64,000 nucleotides of DNA from positions 3,553,302 to 3,617,301 of the forward strand of contig OZ244810.1 in assembly GCA_965220155.1 (NCBI GenBank), read 5' to 3'. Numbering within the stretch: the stretch's first letter is position 1; the number at the start of each line of letters is the position of its first letter. Source of the DNA: Dehalococcoidia bacterium. Its GTDB lineage: Bacteria; Chloroflexota; Dehalococcoidia; SHYB01. Below the pieces are notes generated by a model that was given only the letters and a program-made list of their open reading frames with translations, was not told where the DNA came from and made no database searches. Positions 35,084 to 45,085 of the stretch are shown piece by piece. Position numbers and translations under genes: made by a program.

Positions 35084-36429
35084 GGCGGGCCGTTGGAGTC
35101 GAGGCCGCCCGGCAGTTGCTCCGCCGCGTCCCGCTGGAGGACCAAGCCCCACCGCCCGAGGCACAGTCCCGGCTCCGTGAGCTCTTTGGAGAGAACCTCA
35201 CAGTCGCAGATGCCGTTGAGCGGATCATCCGGGACATCGAGGCACGCGGCGACGATGCCATCCGAGAGTATTCTTTCCGTATAGACGGCCTCCAGTCCGG
35301 GTCCCTGATCGTCTCGAAAGAAGAGATCGAGGCTGCGGCGTCACGCCTGGACCCCGGCCTTCGCGATGCCCTGGAATTGGCAGCCGTCCGTATCCGCTCC
35401 TTCCACGAGGCTTGTGTGCGCAAGAGCTGGTTCGACGCGGAAACGGGCCTGGGCCAAAGGATCCAGCCTATTGAACGGGTTGGCGTCTACGTTCCAGGCG
35501 GCACCGCCTCGTACGCTTCGACGGTATTGCACACCGCTGTTCCGGCAAGGGTCGCCGGCGTGGCCCATATCGTGATGGCGACGCCTCCCAGAAAAGACGG
35601 GGCACCGCCGGCCGCGGTCCTTGCGGCCGCCCACCTGGCGGGAGTCGACACCGTCTTGCGCCTGGGCGGAGCGCAAGCCATCGCGGCCATGGCGCTGGGA
35701 ACACGGACCATCCTTCCCGTGGACAAGGTAGTCGGACCCGGGAACGTCTTCGTCACCATTGCCAAGAGGAAACTGTACGGGCGCGTAGGCATCGACGGAC
35801 TTCATGGCCCCACGGAGACGATGATCATCACCGATGAGTCAGCCCGCTCCGACCTTTGCGCAGCAGACTTGTTGGCGCAGGCTGAGCACGATGTCATGGC
35901 CACTCCCATCTTGATCACGACCTCCAGCGACCTGGCTAATCGGGTCCTGGAGGAGATCGAGCGCCAGATCGAGGGTCTGGAGAGAGCCGCCGTGGCCAGG
36001 GAATGCATAAGGGAACGCGGGGTTTTGGCTCTGGTGGAGAACGTTGCTGAGGGGATCCAGCTCGCCAACGATTTCGCCCCGGAACACCTCTGCCTCGCCG
36101 TTGCCGACCCAGAAGCCCATCTGGACCAGGTGCGCCACGTTGGAGGACTGTTCCTCGGCGAGGGCTCACCCGAGGTGCTGGGGGACTACGTCGCGGGTCC
36201 GAGCCATGCGATGCCGACAGGAGGGACAGCGCGGTTCGCCTCGGGCCTCGGGGTCCACGACTTCGTCACTGTGACCGGCATCATCGGCCTGGACCGGGAC
36301 CTAGTGGGAGACATCAGCGGCCCCGCGGCTACCATTGCCCGAGCCGAGGGACTGACCGCTCACGCCCGCGCCGCTGAGCTGCGGTCCCGGGCTCAAGGCG
36401 ATGCCGGGAGAGGACCCGGAGATGGGTAG
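35080..36429 (+). CDS. hisD: Histidinol dehydrogenase
   Basis: 449 aa. VGVYVPGGTASYASTVLH, QAEHD, FAPEHLCLAV, GDYVAGPSHAMPTGGTARF. GTGA overlap with the previous gene. Confidence 0.95.
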   Translation: MRRAVGVEAARQLLRRVPLEDQAPPPEAQSRLRELFGENLTVADAVERIIRDIEARGDDAIREYSFRIDGLQSGSLIVSKEEIEAAASRLDPGLRDALELAAVRIRSFHEACVRKSWFDAETGLGQRIQPIERVGVYVPGGTASYASTVLHTAVPARVAGVAHIVMATPPRKDGAPPAAVLAAAHLAGVDTVLRLGGAQAIAAMALGTRTILPVDKVVGPGNVFVTIAKRKLYGRVGIDGLHGPTETMIITDESARSDLCAADLLAQAEHDVMATPILITTSSDLANRVLEEIERQIEGLERAAVARECIRERGVLALVENVAEGIQLANDFAPEHLCLAVADPEAHLDQVRHVGGLFLGEGSPEVLGDYVAGPSHAMPTGGTARFASGLGVHDFVTVTGIIGLDRDLVGDISGPAATIARAEGLTAHARAAELRSRAQGDAGRGPGDG

Positions 36430-37492
36430 CTCCCTGGACCGGCTGATGCGCCCCGGGCTTCAAGCGCTCAGCCCTTACCATCCCATCGCTTACCCTGGCG
36501 ACCTCGACGGCGTTATCAAACTCGACGGAAATGAGAACGTCTACGGCTGCTCTCCCCGAGTCCGGGAAGCTCTAGCATCCTTCAGCTTTCACCACGTTTA
36601 CCCGGACCCGGATGCGCTGAGACTGCGGGAAGAGCTGGCCCGGTATACCGGCCTGCCGAAGGAGCACATCGTCGCCGGCTCCGGCAGCGACGAGCTCATA
36701 GACCTGGTCCTGCGCCTAGTGATGGACCCCGGTGACCGGGCGATCAGCTGCGGCCCCACCTTCGGCTTGTACTCGGTTGCCACACAGTCGGCCTGCGGCG
36801 TGATGGTGAATATCCCGAGGAGAGAGGACTTCACTGTTGACATAAGCGCTGTGCTCGATTCAGTGGACAGCCGAACGAAGGTGGTCTTCATGGCGTCCCC
36901 AAACAACCCGACGGGGACTCCGATGTCCAGGCGGGACATCGAGCGATTGCTCCAGACTCAAGCACTTGTCGTCGTAGACGAAGCCTACTATGAGTTTTGC
37001 GGCTCTACCGTCGCGGACCTGGTGCCGGCGCATGACAACCTGGTTGTGCTCAGGACCTTTAGCAAATGGGCTGGGCTGGCGGGGCTGCGGGTTGGCTACG
37101 GGATATTCCCGGAGCAGATTGCCGATTGGTTGGTGAGAATCAAAACCCCATACAATGTGAACGCCATGGCCCAATTGGCGGCCATCGAATCGTTGCGCGA
37201 TCTCGACTACATGATGAGCACTGTGGGTTGGATTCTGGAAGAGAGGGACCGTCTAGGGGTCATGCTGGCGAACCTGGACTTCATGGACCCGGTCCCTTCG
37301 GATGGAAACTTCATTCTATCGCGCGTTGCGGGCAGAGACGCGCTCGCCATCCAGCAAGACCTACGCGCGAAGGGGATCCTTATCCGGCATTTCGACATGG
37401 AACCGATTCGCGACGCTTTACGCATCAGCGTCGGCAAGCCGGAGCACACGGAAGCCCTCATCTGGGAGCTCCGGCGGTGGGAGGAGATGTAG
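36422..37492 (+). CDS. hisC: Histidinol-phosphate aminotransferase
   Basis: LSPYHP..., KLDGNENVYG, YPDPDA, VVVDEAYYEF, RTFSKWAGLAGLRVGY (PLP lysine). ATG 36422 overlaps the hisD stop by 8 nt. Confidence 0.9.
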   Translation: MGSSLDRLMRPGLQALSPYHPIAYPGDLDGVIKLDGNENVYGCSPRVREALASFSFHHVYPDPDALRLREELARYTGLPKEHIVAGSGSDELIDLVLRLVMDPGDRAISCGPTFGLYSVATQSACGVMVNIPRREDFTVDISAVLDSVDSRTKVVFMASPNNPTGTPMSRRDIERLLQTQALVVVDEAYYEFCGSTVADLVPAHDNLVVLRTFSKWAGLAGLRVGYGIFPEQIADWLVRIKTPYNVNAMAQLAAIESLRDLDYMMSTVGWILEERDRLGVMLANLDFMDPVPSDGNFILSRVAGRDALAIQQDLRAKGILIRHFDMEPIRDALRISVGKPEHTEALIWELRRWEEM

Positions 37493-38091
37493 TGGCGCAA
37501 CGGACTGCGGAAATCAACCGCCCCACGGCCGAGACGGCTGTTACGGGGAGCATCAATGTCGACGGAACCGGGCAGTACTCCGTCACCACTGGTATGCAGA
37601 TGCTGGACCACATGGTCGGCCAGCTTGCGCGGCACGGCACCTTCGATATTTCCCTCGCGGTCGATGTCCGCATGGACCCGGACGGCCACCACACCACCGA
37701 GGACGTCGCCATAGCGCTGGGGCAGGCTTTCAATGAAGCCCTGGGCGACAAGAAGGGTATCAACAGGATGGCCCACGCCTATGCGCCTCTGGATGAGGCT
37801 CTTGCGTTCGTGGCTGTCGACATCAGCGGCAGAGGCTATCCCGTCTTCGAAGCCCAATTCACCACGGAGAAAGTGGGAGACCTGCTAACGGACCTCGTCC
37901 GGCACTTCTTCGAGACCTTTGCCCGCGAGGCCCGGATCAACCTGCATGCCCAGGTGCTTCGGGGGGTAAACGACCATCACAAGGTTGAGTGCCTGTTCAA
38001 GGCGCTAGCGAGGGCTCTGGACGCTGCCACTCGCCACGACGCGAGGATCCCGGGGGTGCTGCCGAGCACCAAGGGTGTCATTGAATCTTAG
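37492..38091 (+). CDS. hisB: Imidazoleglycerol-phosphate dehydratase
   Basis: GTG 37492 overlaps the hisC TAG by 1 nt. RTAEINRPTAETAVTGSINVDG..., LDHMVGQLARHG, DGHHTTEDVAIALG, NDHHKVECLFKALARAL. The upstream part of track ORF 37066..38091 is an out-of-frame overlap with hisC. Confidence 0.9.
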   Translation: MAQRTAEINRPTAETAVTGSINVDGTGQYSVTTGMQMLDHMVGQLARHGTFDISLAVDVRMDPDGHHTTEDVAIALGQAFNEALGDKKGINRMAHAYAPLDEALAFVAVDISGRGYPVFEAQFTTEKVGDLLTDLVRHFFETFAREARINLHAQVLRGVNDHHKVECLFKALARALDAATRHDARIPGVLPSTKGVIES

Positions 38092-38827
38092 TGGCAGCTT
38101 CGGCGGCACCCGCCGCCGCGGCCGCCTCGGTTGAGGCACGACGTTCAGTGGACGGCTGCTCGCGCTCGGCCGAGACTGAGCCCATCAGGGCTTCCGGGAC
38201 CAACACCCCGCTGGAAACCACCAGCTTGATGCCTTCCTCGACGGTCATGCTTGTCATCACGACCTCGGACTCTGGAACGATCGACAGAAGCCCCGTATGA
38301 GGAGTCGGCGTGGTAGGAATCAAGACGCTGTGGAACTTCCTGCCGTCCCCATCGGTGAGGGTGTTGGTCAGGAACCCCAGAGTGTAGGTCCCCTCCTTCG
38401 GCCATTGCACGAGCACCACTCTCGACACCTCCCGGCTGACGGTCGACAGCGCGTCGACGACTCCTCTTGCCAGGTTGTAGAGACTCTTGACGATCGGCAC
38501 TCGGACTAGGACCGCTTCCAGTGACCCCAGGGCTCGTCGACCAAGAAAATTCGTCGTGATCACGCCGATGATGTAGACCGATACGACCGTGATACCGATG
38601 CCCACTCCTACGATCTCGCGGCCCCAGATTTGCTCGACCAACGGTTGGACGAGGCCGTCGAGCCAGTCAAACATCAGCCTCAAAATCAGATATGTGAAGA
38701 CGAGGGGGATGAGTGTGAGGACCCCCGCAAGCAGCTTGACGCGGACGTGGGACCCGATCACCGTCAAGCCACGCCGGCCTCGTGAGAGAGGTTTCCGTGG
38801 ATCCGTCTTTGGCGGGGGTCCGGTCAT
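38078..38827 (-). CDS. DUF502 domain-containing membrane protein
   Basis: 249 aa with two N-terminal TM helices (LLAGVLTLIPLVFTYLILRLMFDWLDG; IVGVGIGITVVSVYIIGVITTNFLGRR), then VPIVKSLY and GFLT...IPTTPTPHTG, as in DUF502. Confidence 0.75.
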   Translation of the reverse strand: MTGPPPKTDPRKPLSRGRRGLTVIGSHVRVKLLAGVLTLIPLVFTYLILRLMFDWLDGLVQPLVEQIWGREIVGVGIGITVVSVYIIGVITTNFLGRRALGSLEAVLVRVPIVKSLYNLARGVVDALSTVSREVSRVVLVQWPKEGTYTLGFLTNTLTDGDGRKFHSVLIPTTPTPHTGLLSIVPESEVVMTSMTVEEGIKLVVSSGVLVPEALMGSVSAEREQPSTERRASTEAAAAAGAAEAATKIQ

Positions 38828-38830
38828 TAC

Positions 38831-39850
38831 CTAGCTATCCTGGGAGGTGAGGTAGGCAGTTACTGCCACCAGCTCACTGAGGGCCTCTGATGGCAGCGCA
38901 GTCCGTGTTAACGCGTCGAACGCCTCTTCGCGGTAGCTGTCGACTACATCGGCGGCGAAGGCCCGGGCCCCAGAGTCTTCCATCACACCCAGGAGCCGGC
39001 CGGTCTCTTCATCGCCAAGGGGGGCTTCTCTGGAGATGACCGCATCGATGACGCGTCTCGCGGACTTGCTGGCGTTCTCCAAGGCGTAGAGAAGCGGGAC
39101 CGATCGGCGTCGGTCAAGGACGTCGATGACACCGGCCCCGGTGGCCGCATGCCCCCACAGCTCGTCGATGTCGAGGCTGACCCGCCACGCCGAGCCCGCG
39201 CGAAGGCCATAATGGCCCAGCGCCTCAACTGGACCCGCGCCGGCGCCAGAACCCAGCCCTCCTAGAGAGGCAGCGGCCCCCATGAGCGCCCCATCCTGGC
39301 CCTCGATGCCGCTCAGCCTTCGCCGCGCCGTGAGCTCCCCCCTTTGCTCCCAGTCAATTTCCCGATAGCGGGCCTGGCAAAGCTTGAGGCATGCCAGGTC
39401 GAGCTCCCGCGTAGCTGCGACTATCGTAGAGTCAGCCACGCCGTTCCCGGCCATCTCCATGACCGCCAACCGCGCCAGGGCATACATTCCGTCCCCGGCG
39501 TTGATCCCCTGCGAGTGTCCCCAGACCCACCAAAGGGTGGGCCTGCCTTCCTTGGAGGGGACGCCTAGCCTCAGCTCTTCATGCACCTCGGCAAAACCGT
39601 TCGCCATCTCAATACCGACGGCCGCCGGGAGGGCAAGCCTGGAGTCCTTCCCCAACGCTTCCGCCGCCAAGAGGCACACCGTCCCGTGGCGCCGGTCAGG
39701 GCGAGGAGTCGGTGTCTCGGTGGGGAAGCGGCCTCCGAGACCGATCTGATAGCGAAGCATGTCATACAGCGGTGACCGGTGCCCACCTATCGTGCTTCGA
39801 AGGGCCTTGTCCAGATCGGGGTCAAGCCGGTCGAAGGATGAGGGCCTCAC
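38831..39850 (-). CDS. Polyprenyl synthetase-fold protein lacking both Asp-rich (DDxxD) motifs
   Basis: 339 aa, alignable by eye to trans-isoprenyl diphosphate synthases: AAVGIEMANGFAEVHEELRLG in place of ...LIHDDLxD; QGINAGDGMYALA; LGHYGLRAGSAWRVSLDIDELWG in place of ...FQIxDDxLD. There is no DD dipeptide anywhere. GTGA overlap with tsaC. Confidence 0.6.
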   Translation of the reverse strand: MRPSSFDRLDPDLDKALRSTIGGHRSPLYDMLRYQIGLGGRFPTETPTPRPDRRHGTVCLLAAEALGKDSRLALPAAVGIEMANGFAEVHEELRLGVPSKEGRPTLWWVWGHSQGINAGDGMYALARLAVMEMAGNGVADSTIVAATRELDLACLKLCQARYREIDWEQRGELTARRRLSGIEGQDGALMGAAASLGGLGSGAGAGPVEALGHYGLRAGSAWRVSLDIDELWGHAATGAGVIDVLDRRRSVPLLYALENASKSARRVIDAVISREAPLGDEETGRLLGVMEDSGARAFAADVVDSYREEAFDALTRTALPSEALSELVAVTAYLTSQDS

Positions 39851-40476
39851 CTCGTGGTCCCGCCGAACGCCGCTTCAGCCGGCCCGAGAGCACGTTCGAT
39901 GTCGCCCATTTCCACCGCACCCTGCCGTACTACGGAGACCGTTGGCCCCGTGAGGTCGATGACGGTCGACTCGGTCACCCCGGTACACTGCCCTTCGATA
40001 ATGTAGTCCACGTCTCCGCCCAGCTGCGCCCGGACCTCGGCAGAGGTCAGCGGACTAGGGTGCCCAGAGCGGTTCGCGCTCGTGCCAACAACGGGAGCCC
40101 CAAGCGATCGGATCAGCCGCCGAAGCCCATCGTGGTCCGGCATCCGTACCCCGACGCTATCCCCTCCACCGGTCACCTCGTCCGGGACCGAGTCTGCCCT
40201 GGGCAGGACCATGGTCAACGCCCCCGGCCAGAAGGCGTTGGCGAGCGCGGCCGCTTTGCCAGGGAGGACGCGAACAACGGCCGAAAGCATCGAGAGATCG
40301 GAAATCAGGAGAGGGACCGGCTGGTCGAGGGAACGGCGTTTGACCTGGAAGACCCGCATCACCGCCGAGGAGTTTTCGGCCTGCGCTCCGAGGCCGAAAA
40401 CGGTGTCCGTGGGGAACGCTACAATCCCCCCGTTTCGGAGGACCGTGACCCCGTTACCTAGCTGGCTTTCATCCAC
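39847..40476 (-). CDS. tsaC: L-threonylcarbamoyladenylate synthase (YrdC/Sua5 family)
   Basis: 209 aa. GGIVAFPTDTVFGLGA, VFQVKRRSLDQPVPLL, GVRMPDH, GAPVVGTSANRSG. Confidence 0.9.
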   Translation of the reverse strand: MDESQLGNGVTVLRNGGIVAFPTDTVFGLGAQAENSSAVMRVFQVKRRSLDQPVPLLISDLSMLSAVVRVLPGKAAALANAFWPGALTMVLPRADSVPDEVTGGGDSVGVRMPDHDGLRRLIRSLGAPVVGTSANRSGHPSPLTSAEVRAQLGGDVDYIIEGQCTGVTESTVIDLTGPTVSVVRQGAVEMGDIERALGPAEAAFGGTTR

Positions 40477-40542
40477 CCCCCGGCTCCTTGACCGAGTATA
40501 GCACGGCTGCTAGGCTTGACATCGACGGGGTAAGGGGGGTCG

Positions 40543-42210
40543 GTGGAAGGTCGGGCCCACGACGAGAGTCTCCGCGTCTCCGTAAGCGACGACGTGGAGG
40601 TCGGGACCTACCTTGAAATCGCCCGGCAGAAAGATGGCCTCGAACCCGTAGCCTCTCCGGAGGCCTCCCCAGTTCATCCCGAAACCGTGGTCGTCCTCGA
40701 CTTCGGCTCGCAATACAGCCTTCTCATCGCCCGCCGGGTCCGGGAAGCCCGCGTCTACTGCGAGGTCGTTCCCTTCGACACCCCGTGGGAGCGAATCGCC
40801 GAGCTCAACCCCAGAGGCTTCATCCTGTCCGGCGGCCCCGCCAGCGTCTACGAATCCGGCGCCCCCCAAGCACCCATGTATGTCTTCGAAAAAAGCATCC
40901 CGGTGCTTGGCATCTGCTACGGCATGCAGCTCATGGCCCATCAGCTTGGGGGCCGTGTGGCCTCAGTCGACCGCCGTGAATACGGTCATGCCGTCGTCCA
41001 TCAGAATGCCGATAGCTCCCTGTTCAGGAGCCTTCCCCCGGCGTTACCTGTCTGGATGAGCCACGGAGACCGTATCGAAGAGATGCCTCCCGGTTTCCAG
41101 AGCCTGGCCTACTCTGAGAACAGTCCGATCGCGGCGATGGGCAACGGCGATGGCATGATCGGCTTGCAGTTCCACCCAGAGGTTATCCATACAGAGCAGG
41201 GTAGGGATATCCTCCGGAACTACCTCTACAACGTCTGCGGATGTGCCGGCACCTGGACTGCCGGCAACTTCATCATGAACAGCGTCGACAAGATCAAAGA
41301 ACAGGTGGCAGGCGGCAGAGTTGTGTGCGCCCTTTCCGGGGGGGTCGATTCTGCGGTCGCCGCGGCGCTCGTACACAGAGCGATAGGCAACCAGCTGACC
41401 TGTATTTTCGTGGACAACGGCCTCCTCCGGCTGGAGGAGGCCGAACGTATCCTGAATGTGTTCCAGCGGAACCTCAAGATGGACCTGCGGCACGTGCAGG
41501 CCGAGGAACGTTTCCTCGACCGGTTGAGGGGTGTCACCGACCCGGAGAAAAAGCGCAAGGCCATCGGGGCGGAGTTCATCCGCGTGTTCGAGGAGGAGGC
41601 GCGCAAAGGAGGGGCGGCTGATTTCCTCGCCCAAGGGACCCTTTATCCTGATGTTATCGAAAGCGTCACGTCGGAGACCAAGGCAGCCTCAAAAATCAAG
41701 ACACATCACAACGTAGGGGGCTTGCCGAAACGCATGAAGCTCCGGCTTATCGAGCCTCTCCGATATCTCTTCAAAGATGAGGTGAGGGAAGTCGGGCTGG
41801 GGCTCGGCCTGCCCGAAGAGATGGTCTTCCGGCAGCCGTTCCCAGGGCCCGGCCTGGCCATCAGGATCATCGGCGAGGTTACACGCGAGAGATTGGAGTC
41901 CTTGAGGGCCGCCGACTGGATCGTCATGAACGAGATCAAGAAGGCGAAGCTCTACCGGAGTCTCTGGCAGAGCTTCGCGGTCCTGACCTCATCCAGAAGC
42001 GTCGGTGTCATGGGAGACCATCGGACCTACGGCCACGTCGTAGCTATCCGGGCAGTGACGAGCGAAGACGCGATGACGGCGGACTGGGCCCGGCTCCCCT
42101 ATGACCTCCTCGCGCGCATCTCCAGCCGCATCGTCAACGAGGTCCCGACGGTGAACCGCGTGGTCTACGACATCACGAGTAAACCCCCCGGGACCATCGA
42201 GTGGGAATAG
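40543..42210 (+). CDS. guaA: Glutamine-hydrolysing GMP synthase
   Basis: [27 protein letters not shown] (GATase Cys), SGGVDSAV (PP-loop), C-terminal GTIEWE. GTG 40543 gives an unusual ~48-aa N-terminal extension. GTG 40687 is the alternative but has no SD. Confidence 0.9.
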   Translation: MEGRAHDESLRVSVSDDVEVGTYLEIARQKDGLEPVASPEASPVHPETVVVLDFGSQYSLLIARRVREARVYCEVVPFDTPWERIAELNPRGFILSGGPASVYESGAPQAPMYVFEKSIPVLGICYGMQLMAHQLGGRVASVDRREYGHAVVHQNADSSLFRSLPPALPVWMSHGDRIEEMPPGFQSLAYSENSPIAAMGNGDGMIGLQFHPEVIHTEQGRDILRNYLYNVCGCAGTWTAGNFIMNSVDKIKEQVAGGRVVCALSGGVDSAVAAALVHRAIGNQLTCIFVDNGLLRLEEAERILNVFQRNLKMDLRHVQAEERFLDRLRGVTDPEKKRKAIGAEFIRVFEEEARKGGAADFLAQGTLYPDVIESVTSETKAASKIKTHHNVGGLPKRMKLRLIEPLRYLFKDEVREVGLGLGLPEEMVFRQPFPGPGLAIRIIGEVTRERLESLRAADWIVMNEIKKAKLYRSLWQSFAVLTSSRSVGVMGDHRTYGHVVAIRAVTSEDAMTADWARLPYDLLARISSRIVNEVPTVNRVVYDITSKPPGTIEWE

Positions 42211-42228
42211 GGCACCGGCAATAGCCTC

Positions 42229-43503
42229 ATGAATGTCCTCGTCGTGGGGTCCGGGGCGCGCGAACACGCCTTGGCCTGGAAGCTGGCGCAGAGCCCTCGC
42301 GTTGACAGAGTGTTTGCCGCCCCCGGCAACGGGGGGACGGCCCAGGTCGGCCAGAACCTCGAGGTCCGCTCCAACGATTTCTCCGCGCTAGCCCGGGCCG
42401 CGAACGACAATCGGACGGATCTCGTCGTCGTCGGGCCGGAGGGGCCGTTAGCTGAAGGCATAGTCGACTATTTCGAGGCCCAGGGCATTCCCGTCTTCGG
42501 GCCGTCCAAAGCGGCGGCGACCCTCGAGGCCAGCAAGGGCTTCGCCAAGCGCCTCATGCTGCGCTACCGCATCCCCTGCGCTGCCAGCGAGACCTTTGCC
42601 GACTTCGAAGCGGCCAAGAGCTATGTGCGCGAGATGCACCAGCCTCCAGTGATCAAGGCCGATGGGCTGGCTGCTGGAAAGGGCGTAACCGTATCACGGT
42701 CCACCGAGGAGGCCCTGCACGCCCTCGAAGATGCCATGGTCCGCGGGATTTTTGGCGAAGCCGGAACGCAGGTAGTCGTCGAGGAGCGGCTGGAGGGCAA
42801 GGAAGCCAGCGTCTTCGCCTTCACAGACGGCGAGACCGTGCTTTCGACAGTCCCGGCATGTGACTACAAAAGGGCCCTTGACGACGACCAGGGTCCCAAT
42901 ACCGGAGGAATGGGCAGCTACAGCCCCCCGGAGTTCCTCGACGATGAGGCTCTTGCCCAGATTGCCGACACCATCCTCACGCCCACGGTCCAGGCCATGG
43001 CGCGAGAGGGGCGCCCCTACCGGGGAGCGCTCTACGCCGGCCTGATGATGACCTCAGCCGGGCCCAAGGTCCTGGAATACAACTGCCGCTTGGGGGACCC
43101 GGAGACGCAAGTCATTCTGCCCCGGATGAAGACGGACCTTCTCGAGGTCATCGAAGCCGTCATTAGCGGGCGCCTTGGGAGCCAGGCATTGGACTGGGAC
43201 CCCCGTCCATGCGTCGGCGTGGTCATGGCCTCGGGCGGGTATCCCGGCAGCTACCAGACGGGTCATCCAATCGAGGGGCTCGTCGAGGCCGTCGAAGGGG
43301 TGACCGTTTTCCACGCCGACACCGCTCAGCGAAACGGCGTTGCCCACACAGCCGGGGGAAGGGTCCTGACCGTATCAGCGATGGGCGCGGACATATCCGA
43401 AGCCCGGGCCAAGGCGTACGCGGGACTCGAGCGTTTGTCTTTCAAGGACGCCCAGTACCGAAGGGACATTGGCCTCAGAGCGGTAACAGCGGCCAGCGCT
43501 TAG
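42229..43503 (+). CDS. purD: Phosphoribosylamine--glycine ligase
   Basis: 424 aa. MNVLVVGSGAREHALAWKL, VVVGPEGPL, VIKADGLAAGKGV, EYNCRLGDPETQ. Confidence 0.95.
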   Translation: MNVLVVGSGAREHALAWKLAQSPRVDRVFAAPGNGGTAQVGQNLEVRSNDFSALARAANDNRTDLVVVGPEGPLAEGIVDYFEAQGIPVFGPSKAAATLEASKGFAKRLMLRYRIPCAASETFADFEAAKSYVREMHQPPVIKADGLAAGKGVTVSRSTEEALHALEDAMVRGIFGEAGTQVVVEERLEGKEASVFAFTDGETVLSTVPACDYKRALDDDQGPNTGGMGSYSPPEFLDDEALAQIADTILTPTVQAMAREGRPYRGALYAGLMMTSAGPKVLEYNCRLGDPETQVILPRMKTDLLEVIEAVISGRLGSQALDWDPRPCVGVVMASGGYPGSYQTGHPIEGLVEAVEGVTVFHADTAQRNGVAHTAGGRVLTVSAMGADISEARAKAYAGLERLSFKDAQYRRDIGLRAVTAASA

Positions 43504-43553
43504 GTCCCTGCGGTTAGAGTCCGAGCCCGGAAGCGCTCGACTCCCAGGGGTGC

Positions 43554-44789
43554 TCAGCGCGGCAGGACCGCCGAAGGGGCCGGGTCGGATGATTCTCCTA
43601 GAGCGGCCCGCTCGCTCGCCCGCCCTCCTGGGTCCAGCCGGCGCACCGACGGGAAGAGCACAAAAGCGGTCGCGAACCCGATGGTCATGAGCGCCCCCAT
43701 GATGAAGAGCGCCGTTGTTACCGACCAGGTGTCGGCGATATACCCCATGAAGAGAGCGCCCAGGGGCGTCAGCCCGAATTCCATCATCATGATGCTCATG
43801 ACCCGGCCCCGGATTTCGTTGGGGACGATGGTCTGAATGAGCGTCGTGGTAACCGCCATGTAGACCATGAAGCAGCCCCCTCCAATGGTCGAAATCAACA
43901 GAACAACCGGGAAGTTTGTGACAGCCCCGAGGGCCATCAACGAAAGTCCAAACACAAGGGCCATGGCAAACACCAATTTCCCCGCTCCCCGGTAGTTGCC
44001 CCTGGAGGCAAGGCCTAGCGTGAAGAACATCGCTCCGAGCCCCGTGAAGACATAGATGAGAGCGAGCCCCGTCTCGTCCTGTCCCAGGACATCACGTACC
44101 AAAACGGGCATCAGCGCAATATACGGGCTCCCCACCAGGGCGGGAATCAGAACCATCGCGATGATCGAGAGGACCGTGCGGTTCTCCCTGAGATAGCGGC
44201 CCGCGACCCTGAGATTCTCCGCTACGGACTCTTGGGTGGCGCGCAAAGCGCCATGAGGGGCACGGATGAAGAAGGTGCTGATAAATACCAGCAGGTACAA
44301 CACCGCGGCAACAAAAAACGCTCCCCAAATATCTATCGTGCTAATGAGGACGCCGGCAACGGCTGGACCAAACACCCGGGAGATGTTGAAAGCGGAAGAG
44401 TTCACCGCGATGGCGTTCATCAGAGCTTCTCTGGGGACCAGGGAAGGCATCAGTGCATGCCGCGCCGGATTGTTGAACGCCCACGAGACGCCGAAGATGA
44501 GCACAATGGTGAGTACATGCCAGGGCTCGATCATTTCGGTGAAGTTCAGGAAAGCCATGGTTGCCGCTAGGACCGCGGAGGCGAGCTGGGTTACCCCGAT
44601 GACCCGGACACGGTTCAGGCGGTCGGCGTAGGCACCAGCGAAGGGGCTCAGTATCAGGGAGGGCAGCGACTTGGCGCCCATGGCCGCTCCCACCATGAAG
44701 GCCGAATCAGTCAGCTCCAGCATCAGCCAGCCGATGGCGATCTGCTCCATCCACTGGCCGGACGACGAGATGAGGACACCGATCCACAT
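43554..44789 (-). CDS. MFS transporter (12-TM)
   Basis: 411 aa of hydrophobic helices from ATG 44789. The in-frame upstream sequence ...GRTFHSLRYRNFRV-MWIGVLISSSGQWM looks like the family N-terminus but has no ATG/GTG/TTG (see findings). Confidence 0.8.
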   Translation of the reverse strand: MWIGVLISSSGQWMEQIAIGWLMLELTDSAFMVGAAMGAKSLPSLILSPFAGAYADRLNRVRVIGVTQLASAVLAATMAFLNFTEMIEPWHVLTIVLIFGVSWAFNNPARHALMPSLVPREALMNAIAVNSSAFNISRVFGPAVAGVLISTIDIWGAFFVAAVLYLLVFISTFFIRAPHGALRATQESVAENLRVAGRYLRENRTVLSIIAMVLIPALVGSPYIALMPVLVRDVLGQDETGLALIYVFTGLGAMFFTLGLASRGNYRGAGKLVFAMALVFGLSLMALGAVTNFPVVLLISTIGGGCFMVYMAVTTTLIQTIVPNEIRGRVMSIMMMEFGLTPLGALFMGYIADTWSVTTALFIMGALMTIGFATAFVLFPSVRRLDPGGRASERAALGESSDPAPSAVLPR

Positions 44790-45034
44790 AACGCGGAAAT
44801 TCCGGTATCGCAGAGAGTGGAAGGTCCGGCCTAGCCGGGAGCTCGAGGCTCCCCCGGGAAGGGACTCGGGAAGGGGCTGTCGTATCTCCGTGGCCTTCCT
44901 TCCACCAAACGAGAGGATGTCGTGAATGGCGAGGGGCTCGGGGGCGGCAGTGCCAGTGTACCGGCTGGCCTGGACCCATTCAACGAGAATCCGGGCTCGC
45001 CCACATCCCGGCGACTCTCAGGGACGTACGATGA

Positions 45035-45043
45035 TGCTAAGAT
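45035..45043 (+). promoter_or_regulatory. Candidate extended -10 promoter element for the zinc-ribbon gene
   Basis: TGCTAAGAT (TGn + TAAGAT) lies about 43 nt upstream of ATG 45086. The -35 is weak. Consensus match only. Confidence 0.3.
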
Positions 45044-45085
45044 GTGGTACCCGCCCGAAAGCCGGCGCACGACCCAGGGGGAACC

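Noticed and set aside
43517-43543. Hairpin GAGTCCGAGC-N8-GCTCGACTC between convergent purD and the MFS gene, as an intrinsic terminator
   Set aside because: The stem is 9 bp with a bulge, but there is no U-tract on either strand. This is too weak to call a terminator.
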